From contig OZ024741.1 of NCBI GenBank assembly GCA_964016885.1, positions 54,684,001 to 54,748,000 on the forward strand: a stretch of DNA of 64,000 nt. Reading direction: 5' to 3'. Below, one piece after another: positions 53,395 to 64,000 of the stretch. Each line of letters starts with the position of its first letter. Within the stretch, counting starts at the first letter, position 1. The stretch comes from Eledone cirrhosa. Lineage: Eukaryota. The notes under the pieces are model-generated. The model worked only from the letters and a program-made list of their open reading frames with translations, was not told the DNA's origin and searched no databases. Both the position numbers and the translations under genes were made by a program.

Positions 53395-54070
53395 ACACCT
53401 CTTGATGCATCTACCCTTAGCATCGATGACTGTTTCGATACAATCTCTGAACCATGGTCATGTTTGAATCAGGTCATCTCTACCTATTTTGGACATTGTG
53501 TTAGTTAGAACGGACTTCAGAGATTTTATAGTGATATAGAAGTGTTAATTGACACTCTCCTCGACTACGCTTCATACGTAGTAGTCGACCGTATTCAGGC
53601 GCCATATGTTTGAGGTGCCGTTAGCGTGTAGATTGTTACTCATCCACTCTCATGTCGTCTTTGGCTTATGTGACGGTGCAAGTTTTGTTGATCCAAAGGC
53701 TCATAACCCTCTCCAATGCATTCCGAACATCAGCAACATTGACTCTTAAAACAATGCCTCCTCACAAATGAGGAGGCATTACATCACGTTTGTTGTTCGA
53801 AACTCTGCGTGTCGGAAACTCTGCGTGTCGAAAGCTTGCGTGCATGACCACAGGAAAAACTTTAGTGTCTCTGCATTACAATCTGTTAATCTTTCAGTTA
53901 ACCTTTGGGTCCTGATCAAAGTTTTTCTCATCCGAGAAAAACCAAAGCTTTCCAGACTCATGATGTTTCAATTACTCCACAAGGGGTTTGCGCGGATCAG
54001 AAGGTTATCTTTTGACTTTGCAGACATGAAATGGTCCCTCCATTCCGCATCATATATGACTTATCGATAA
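53395..54070 (-). mobile_element. Degenerate Tc1/mariner transposase, maT/DD37D-like
   Basis: WFFSDEKNFDQD, DVMPPH, APSH..TT*EW, LNTVDYYV*SVVE and FRDCIETVIDAKG. Confidence 0.75.
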
Positions 54071-54565
54071 TTTTGCGCTCCTCTCGTACACGTCTGGGTG
54101 TTCTGGCGGTATTAGGACCATTAGTAGGTTACTTACATTTAGCTACGGTTGTGGAAACCTAGTCAGCGGCTTCTAGCTCATTGTAAAATTCGAAAACCAG
54201 CCAGGGAAGAATGGAAGTGAACAATCTCTAAATAACTATGCTCTGTATTTAACGTAACGATTACAACATACCTTTTCATTTTCTGAGTTAGTTTGATGTT
54301 TGTTAACATATATCTGGAAAGATACGATGCTCAGAACAAATGAGAAAAGGTGCATGTGTGGGTGAGTCTATATATGCATTTTATTTTCATTTTCTTGTAA
54401 GTGTGACAACAGTCCTTCTCTGATCTAACATAGTTCAATGTCATCTCGCTTTGCTGAAACTGTATAGACATTGTATAGACTGTATAGACGTTGTAACATA
54501 ATAAACAATCAAACATTAAAATATCTTTGTGAACTGTGAAGATCATTAGATTATACACACACAAA

Positions 54566-54712
<147 letters not shown>

Positions 54713-54938
54713 TATATATCAAGATAAGCAGAACAAGTAAAATTCAACCAATTCTTCAAAATAAATCAAAATTAATTTACAATTAAAATTAATCAAAATT
54801 AAAAAATATAATATAAATATTTACCTATTCGAGTGGCTCTTACTGTACAGTTTCACTTTGCAAAACATTAGATATCACATGGATATTAATGGAAAAGCAA
54901 AGATCATCAGAGAAGCATTTTCCTTTCCTAGGGATATA

Positions 54939-54986
54939 TACATACATACATACATACATACATACATACATACATACATACATACA

Positions 54987-55014
<28 letters not shown>
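54939..55014. repeat. (TACA)n target array upstream of the RLE element
   Basis: Read directly. Confidence 0.97.
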
Positions 55015-55016
<2 letters not shown>

Positions 55017-55018
<2 letters not shown>

Positions 55019-58000
55019 ATAACAGTCAACGCGATCAGTCGCATATTTTGGCGTGGGAGACTATTTATTAAATTTAAGATGAATACTATCTCCGACAGTA
55101 ATGCCACAACTACAGCCAGGTTGAATAACTGGTTATTCTTCTAACTATCCCTTCTGAAGACACCTTTTATTCGAATTCGTAGAGATATCCGACTAAATAC
55201 ATAATTCATTTTACAAGGATTTGCTACAAACAGCATGGCTGAACACAACATCAACAACAAAATTAAGGAAGTATCCAAGACAAATAACAAGGAAGGTAAT
55301 CAAACTTTATTCAGTTGTAGCTACAGAAGAAACCGAAATTATAAATCGCATATCTCTTGGAGTTGCGAACTTAATAATGATTTATTTAATTGTTATAAAA
55401 TGGCAAAAAACAATCCCTCCATTCGCTATATGAATAGAATGAAGCTACACTGGGACGAAATGCACCCAGAGCTAAATTATTTCACAGCGAAACAATTACG
55501 CCAACAAGCGACGTTTGTTGAACGTAAAAATAAGATAAATATTATTAATTGTAAGTCCCCCACAACAAACATGGAATCAACACGTGCTACAGGTCGCCAT
55601 GCTACTAGGCTTCCTAGCAGCCAGGTCGAACAGCGCCTTGAAACAACTATGCCTGTAAGAAACTTGAGACCAGCTGTACCATCTAAGTCTACCTCGAATG
55701 CTGGGGAAAACACTGTCGATAATAATAATAATCGAAGAAATAATAATAATAATCGAATAAATGTGACACCACGTATACCATCCGAGTCTACCTCGACTGT
55801 TGTGGAAATACTATCGATAATGATAATCAAAAGTATAAACAATTGAAAATTTCCCTCAACGAAATCTTGCAGAGAGAAATCAACTCATGTATCATATCTC
55901 TTGCTGAACGTGTTAAAATGACAATGGTGAATAAAAAACCAAATAATGAAATACTACGTGTTATTGACGAAATAGGGGATGAATATTTACGACAGATAAA
56001 ACCCCAACATTTTGGTAAATCAACGCCTGTTTATATGCCTTAGCAATGACAGTGAAGCATTATCTTGGTGATAGCAGAGATATTAAGTAGAACAAAACAC
56101 CACCAAAAATACCATCATATATAACTAAAATAGAAAAAAAGAGTGCTGACCTACGAAAAAACATAGGACATGTGACAATGCTCCTTACATGCAAACAAAC
56201 ACAAAAAAACTCACTCCTCACCAACAAAGAGTGAACAATAAAATAGAGACGATGTTTGGTAACAGTAGACCCAGAACTCTCCAATATAAGCTGATCACCC
56301 TCAAGCAAGGATTGAGAGCTGTTAGCGAAAACCGCCGATACCTGAAGAAGGTAGATGAGAGAAAAATGCTTAATAAAAGATTCAGAAGAAACCAAACATC
56401 AGTCTATAGAGATATGAAGGGCAAAATAATAAGTGTCACTGAGGCCCCATCCCAGAAAGACATAGATTCCTTTTGGAGAAAAATATGGGGTGAAAAGAAG
56501 AATTTCAACCAAGATGCAGTGTGGCTAAGAGAAATCCGAAAGAACTATTGCAACTACAACAAAAACATACGAAATAAGTGAGGGTACCCTTGAGACTGTG
56601 ATAGAAAAACTCCAAGATAAGAAAACACCAGGAAGAGAAATGATTGTCGGCTACTGGTACAAAAAACTAATATTCTATCGGAGGTATCTTACTGACCTCT
56701 ACCAACAAGTTCTTAAGGGAGATACACTTATACCAGAATGGTCCCCAAGAACAAAGACACCCACTTGGCAAAAAACTACCGACCCATCATCACTGATGAA
56801 CAAGCAACTGGAAAGAAAAGGTTTTGGGGATGTGCTGAACAACTCCTAATCAACAAAACTGTGATGTCGGAGGTGCGACAACTTAGGAGGAATATGACTA
56901 CAGTCTGGCTGGACTACAGGAAAGCTTTCGATTCTGTTCCCCACTCTTGGATGATAGAGGCCCTCCAACTTGCTAAAGTCCCAGTCATTATTGTCAGAGC
57001 CATAGAAAGGCTGTCTTCTTCTTGGGCTACTATCCTAAGGTTAAAGACAGAGAGGGAGGACTCTATTTTCACTGATAAAATAAAATATTGCAGGGGTATA
57101 TTTCAGGGGGACAGTCTCTCTGTGATATTATTCATCTTGTCATTAAACACATTGTCCTTTCTGATCATTGGCTCACAGGAGGATAGAAATACGAACCTAA
57201 CCCATAACTTCTTTGTGGACGATCTGAAACTCTATGCCAAGAACATGGATGGGATGAAGAAAAATCTTGACCTGGTTACAACGTTTTCAAAGGATAAAGG
57301 AATGGAGTTTGGCCAAGATAAATGTTCATACATGACTGTAAAGCGGGGAAAAACAACAACCCAATCTAGCAACATTGTCATAAATGGTCTAACTGCTTCA
57401 CCGATATCTGATGAGGACTGCTACAGATACCTGGGGATAGATGAGAACATATCCTATAATGGTATCTGTAATAAAGATCGCGTAACCAGGGAATACTACA
57501 CCCGATTAAGAAAGATATGGTCATCGGAACTCTCTGCGCAAAACAAAACAGTGGTTCACAATGTATTTGATGTGCTTGTCCTAACACCAACGTTTGGAAT
57601 ACTCAATTGGACGATAGACGAAATCCGAGCAGTTGATGTTGGAACTCGAAAAATACTGAACAACACCGGAAACTTCCACATCAACAGTAACATAGACCGC
57701 CTTTACTTGAAACGTAAGCAGGGGGGCAGAGGCCTAACATCAGTCCAGACATTTGAATGTCGCATCATATCTCTCCGACAACATCTACGAACCTCGATGC
57801 GTAGGAGCCCGCTTCTCGATCAAGTCTATCTGCATGAAACAGATAAGATCATGAGAGTTGGGAAGGAACTCCTTGAGAGATATTCCGTGTGATAATCAAA
57901 AACTCACCCCCAGTATCGCAGTGAATCCATGGATGAAAAACTGCATGCCTATCTGCAAAAAATCATGCATGGATATGTTGCCAGGAAGCTCCAGAGTGAG

Positions 58001-58989
58001 AGTAATATAGATAAGGAAAGTAGTCTATCTTGACCAACAAACGCTATATTGGCTCCCACTTTGAAGGATACGCTTTTGCAATCTAAGAATAGGAGATTAG
58101 CACGAAATACCTGATTCACAAAAGAGATAGGGATGCAGGCAAAACACCTAGATGTGATAACAAGTGCAGACTCTGCAGAACTAACATCGAGTATATCACC
58201 CATGTCATCAGCAGCTGTCCAAAGATGTCATCGCGGAACTATCTACCTATGAGGCATGATGTAGTGGCCAAAACACTGTACAATACAGTTCGTAAAAAAG
58301 ATAGCCCCGATAATAAACACATTAAAACTACAACAATGTGGAAGACATCCATGTACATAATATGAAAGAGTACTGGTGAAATGTTCCAGTAAAAACCCGA
58401 ATAAAATGCAGGCATAACAGACCAGATATTATGATATGGGACAGGGAGAAGAAAACATGCACAGTAGTGGAAATTAACTGCCCAGCAGATGCCAATATAA
58501 TATCAAAGATTAGCGAAAAGGAGAATATTTATGCAGAACTGATGAGAAATCTGCAGATACTCCACCCTGATTACACCTTCAGATTTATGCCTGTGATTAT
58601 TGGGGCACTGGAATATGTTAGTAACTGCCTCAATACAAATCTTGAGAAGCTAGGCTTCACAGGAACAGAAGGAACACAACTAGTTAGGAAACTACAAGTA
58701 CAATCCATTAATGGAACATTAAAAATATGTAAAACATTCGAAAAATGTTGCATCTAATAACTGCATATACACATGTACAGATACAAAGCATATACACATG
58801 CACACATACAACTCCAAACATACACATCCACACATACAATAACATCCATATCTACACATGCATGCAGACATACATACATATCTACCTAGTTGATGTTGTC
58901 TAAATTCCAATGAGAGAGGCTTGTGTCTATGTTAGAAACCGACTCTCTCTCTATTGGTAAAACTTTGTGAAATTATAAAACCAGAAGAA
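55017..58989 (+). mobile_element. Near full-length degenerate R4/Dong-clade retrotransposon (RT-CCHC-RLE), TACA family 1
   Basis: N-terminal YMNRMKLHWDEMHP..KQLRQQA. RT ORF 56738..57892 has LDYRKAFDSVPH, RGIFQGDSLS and FVDDLKLY. CRLC finger and RPDIMIWD..VEINCP. TACA on both sides. Confidence 0.93.
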
Positions 58990-59114
58990 CATACATACAT
59001 GTATATAAAGCTTCTAGCAACCAGGTCACATTGAAATAGGTTTGACTTTAGTATTTCATTAGGATTATACGGAATTGTTATCGAAATTAGAAGACTATGC
59101 TAGCTGCATACTGT

Positions 59115-59236
59115 TTGGTATTCAAATCCAGCCGAGGTTGACTTTGCCTTTCATCCTTACGGGGTCGATAAAATAAAGTACCAGTAATGCACTGGGTAAT
59201 TTCTGGCATTGTGCCTAAAGTAGAAAAAATTATTAT
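59115..59236 (+). mobile_element. SINE family 1, partial
   Basis: TTCAAATCCAGCCGAGGTTGACTTTGCCTTTCATCCTTACGGGGTCGATAAA. Confidence 0.82.
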
Positions 59237-59721
59237 CAATTAAATGGCTACTGCTTGCAGTATATTGTCCACTTAGACGGGGCTTTACGAATTATTGATG
59301 AGTCTCACAACAAATGTAAATGTCTGTAGATAGACACATACAAACACAGAAACAGACAATAGATCTTATATATACTTACGTGACTGTGTCTATATATGTT
59401 CGTATGTGTAATGCATACGTATAATGCACCTTTATATGTGTAAATATATATATGCACATATCTACTTACAGCCTATCATATACACGCAAACTCAGTTACA
59501 TGCATATATATATGTATATGCGTGTGTGTGTGCGTGTGTGTGTAAAGAGACATGGAGAGAGAGAGAGAGAGAGAGAGATTTAGTTCCACAGCAAATTAAC
59601 AACCCATATTCGAGGACGCGCGTCTCACCCAACAGATACTCAACCCGGTTGAGAATTTGCTGATAATAAATATATGTATGTATGCATGTGTGTATGTGTG
59701 CGTGTGTGTGTATAAATATCA

Positions 59722-60286
<565 letters not shown>

Positions 60287-60313
60287 GTACAAAGCTTCCA
60301 ACAACCTAGGTCA

Positions 60314-61235
60314 CGTTCAAACCATTCAATATGGGAGTCGGACTCCACCATAGGTGCGTACTGTCACTTCTCCTGTTCATTATTATCATAAACAGGATTG
60401 ACATGCGCAGCCAGATGTGGTATCACGAATGGCAGGTGTTGGCTAAGTCGTCTGGTATTTACAGATGATAATCTATTTCTTAACTCATCTTGAGGTGATC
60501 TCCGACATGCACTTGATAGGTTTGATGCCGAATGCCACATGGCGGTAATGAAAATCAGTGGTGCGATGACTGAGACACAGGTCCTCTCAAGAAAGCCTGC
60601 GCAGTGTACTGAACATGTGAATGAAATTCTGCTGAAGCAGATGTAGAAGTTCAAGTATATCAGGTCCGAGTTCACAAGTCATGGAATCCAGGAGGCTGAA
60701 TTAAATACAAGAATTGCAGGAGCTGGTGCAGTAATGTGCCAGATTCAGCATTCGGTCGTCATCAGAAGAATTGTGGTAGGTTTACAAAGCAAACTCACTA
60801 TCCTCAATCCAGTCTTCTTGCCAACCTTTACATGTGGTCGTGAATCTGGGTTAATGACCGAAAGACTACAAGCGAAAGAAATAGGGTCCCTCCAAAGGTA
60901 ATTTAGAGTAACTTTAATCTATAGATTGCGTAGCTCAGAGATCAGAGAGTCGCTCCAGGTAGAACCACTACTTCTCCGGTTTGAAAGATCACAGCTCTGG
61001 TATTACGGGCATGTGCTTAGAATGTCTCTGGAAAAATAGCAGGACAGATTTTACGGGCAAATCAAACCGGTCGAAAACCCAAGGTTAGACCCCGAGCAAA
61101 ATGGTTCGATTACATCCATGAACTCGGCCGGTCTCGCTTGGTGATCCATCCGCATCAATTGGAGTTGGTTGCTTCTGACATGACTCGCTGGAAGTAGTGT
61201 TTGAGGACTCTTACACCAGGGTCCTGTCAGGAATA
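60314..61235 (+). mobile_element. RTE-clade LINE 3' fragment
   Basis: [39 protein letters not shown] and GRKPKVRPRAKW. Confidence 0.85.
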
Positions 61236-61481
61236 AATAAGTGTGCGAAAAAAACAAAAATACTCTCCTCCTCTATATCTCCTTTCTTTCTCTCCCTCCC
61301 GAGTGCTTCTTCCCAGTCAATGTTCTAGCTTTTTCACTCTCTCACTCCGAACTTTCCATTTCCTGAAAAAACTGAAGAAAGACCTATGTCGGAATCACCG
61401 AACCTTCATCTGCTTCCTCCTAAGCAAGATACTATGACTTTGTGTTTGTGCATCTCTGCGTTTGTATTGTCCTTTCTTTAA

Positions 61482-61579
<98 letters not shown>

Positions 61580-61613
61580 CCTAATAAAGTAGTAGCTTTG
61601 TATGCATTCATTT

Positions 61614-61806
61614 GAGGAGAGTGTGTGTCTCGTGTGGTTAGGATTGTTGAGCACAACACTATAGTTAACGTTACTTCAATCCACTCAGCTGGCAAAAACG
61701 AGATGTGCCTCTAAATAACGTGAAAATCCTTGTCACACATTGCGTTACGCTGAATCTCCCTGAGAACTACGTTAAGGATGTTCGTAACTTAATCGACTGG
61801 AGCACT
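61614..61806 (+). mobile_element. SINE family 2, degenerate
   Basis: CCACTCAGCTGGCAAAAA..TTGTCACA..GCTGAATCTCCCTGAGAACTACGTTAAGG, reverse-complementary to 42180-42260. Confidence 0.65.
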
Positions 61807-62965
61807 CATCTTCAGAAATGTTGGAGCTCCAGCATAAAAGATAGCAAAACAGGTTGTACAGAAAGCGATAATATATACAGATTACATTGCAAATGTATTC
61901 TAAATAAAAATCATTTTGTAAAAATATATTCTGTGAAGGGTAGAAAAATATTCAGAAAAAAATCAATGGATAAACTATTAAATTTTAATCCTCTATCGTC
62001 TTAACCAGATTCATCATCTTAAGAAACACATCAGTCACTAAACAACACAAATAATATACAATTTCATTGACTGAGGACGAGGTAATTTTCTTTTACATTC
62101 TATTTTATCACGAATAAGTCGTATTCAATCACCTCAATATTCTGATGGTGTCTATCTATAAACTTTATAGCATTATACGTTTCAATGTTTAAAAGAAATA
62201 CAGAATTATCTGATTGAGAGGAAGATAAAATATTAAAGTATCTTTTCAAAAGATTACCAATGTTGAAGATACAATTCATTTTCAAGGATCTACCAGCTAT
62301 TAATAACATCTTTCATTTCATAGAAGCAACCAATAGATTTAACAGCAAAAACATTTAAATATGTATCGTATATTTCTTTATTTTATAGCATTTTATTAGA
62401 CATTATTAGTGTGGTAACAGATATCATTATTTTAGTCGGTTATGGCTTTCTTGCTTTATAAAGACGTTTAAATTCATTATAAAAATTTAATAGATGAATA
62501 AAGTTGACTACTTGTCCTTATAGATGTGTGTCGAGGGAGATACTGTGTGAATCAGTGTGTTGGTGTGAGTGTGTATGCGTCTGTGGGTGTGTATCTGTGT
62601 GTTTGCTTGTGTATTTATGCTTTTGTGTGGTTCTATATATGTTTGTGTGCGTCATTGTGTATGTGTTTGCGAGTGTGTTTATGTGTGTATGCATGTGTGT
62701 CTGTGCGTGAGTGTTTTGTGTTTATGCCAGCGTGTGTGTGTGCGTGTATGTGTGTGTTTATGTGTCTGTGATTGTGTATCGAATCCTCTTAAGAAACGCT
62801 CTCTCCATATTCCGAAACTTTGTGAGCATATATCATATATATATATATATGTGGAGGGTTTTATTTTCTGTTTCAATAATTAATTTATTCATTTTCATCA
62901 AACAATAAACCTCGTCACCGTACAGAAGTGAGTGTATATGTGATAGTCAATGTGTGTGGAGAGTT

Positions 62966-63051
<86 letters not shown>

Positions 63052-63363
63052 AACTCTCCATTTATATATGTGTTTGTATGTGTGTGTGTGCGTGTAGTTT
63101 TATGTGCGTTTGGATCTAATCTCATAAAAATATGTAGAAATGCTTAACTAATTAAAACAAATTCCATAAAAAGTCTGCCTGTGGAATGAAATCGATAAGA
63201 CAATATTATATACTAATATAGAAACATAGGCTATCTCCAGATCCCTCTGCAACTACAGAGTTCGGGGTTCTGTCCCTCTGTACAGCACTTTAGGCAAATA
63301 TAATCATTTGCGAGAGCCTCACCATGTAATTAATTTGGTAGACGAAAACTGCAGTAGCTCGTT

Positions 63364-63426
<63 letters not shown>

Positions 63427-63465
63427 CACATACACAGACGCACACACACATACACAGACGCACAC

Positions 63466-63530
<65 letters not shown>

Positions 63531-64000
63531 ACAAATAAACAAATAAACAAACACGCACGTATTTTAATAATTTGGCTGGTGATAACAGTACTTAAACTCG
63601 AATGTCAAAGCAGCACCGCGTTTAGCGATTTTTAAACACACCGGGCCAATTAAACATTTGTTAATATTTGGAATAAACCCTACTGTATAACCTATCCATG
63701 TTATTCTTCACTCCTTCATTTTATATATATATATATATAACAAAGGAAATGTGGTAAGGAACCAGGTGGACCATAACGCACCAAAGTAATCAATACTTAG
63801 GGTAGTAGAGTGGGTAATAGGAACGAGTAGGACCCCGACGGCTGAGCTCAGGCCGTTTCGACGGCTAATTCTGGACGCATATATATATATATATGCCAAT
63901 TTCTGTCTGTCTGTGTATCTGTGTATAACCAGTTGGCGCCTACACCAGTGATGAAACTTTAGACACTTGTTAAGCTAATATTCAGAAACAGGTTTGGTTA

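Overview
Eukaryotic, repeat-saturated window with no supportable host gene. The SINEs and the dense (TA)n/(CA)n/(TACA)n tracts are most consistent with an invertebrate such as an octopus (inference). Positions 1-19.9 kb hold a head-to-tail array of four Tx1/L1-clade non-LTR retrotransposons on the minus strand (copies A-D, three subfamilies). Each is separated from the next only by (GATA)n, and copy D keeps an intact 1142-aa APE-RT-CCHC ORF2. The most unusual signal is that all four copies have a 5' splice-donor motif at the end of ORF1. The three visible 3' ends have a polypyrimidine-CTGTAG|G acceptor exactly on the ORF2 stop codon, with frame-matched stops after the predicted junction, so ORF2 looks like one large intron. 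Positions 20-64 kb contain Penelope-like fold-back remnants in (TA)n with hammerhead ribozyme folds (one with a U3-A8 core), and R4/Dong-type RLE retrotransposons in (TACA)n and (TAA)n. They also contain RTE fragments, a bipartite RTE derivative with an HDV-like fold, tRNA-derived SINEs, mariner and maT relics, and a 47-bp satellite with a 608-bp higher-order period. All coordinates and alignments were read by eye, and no database search was run.
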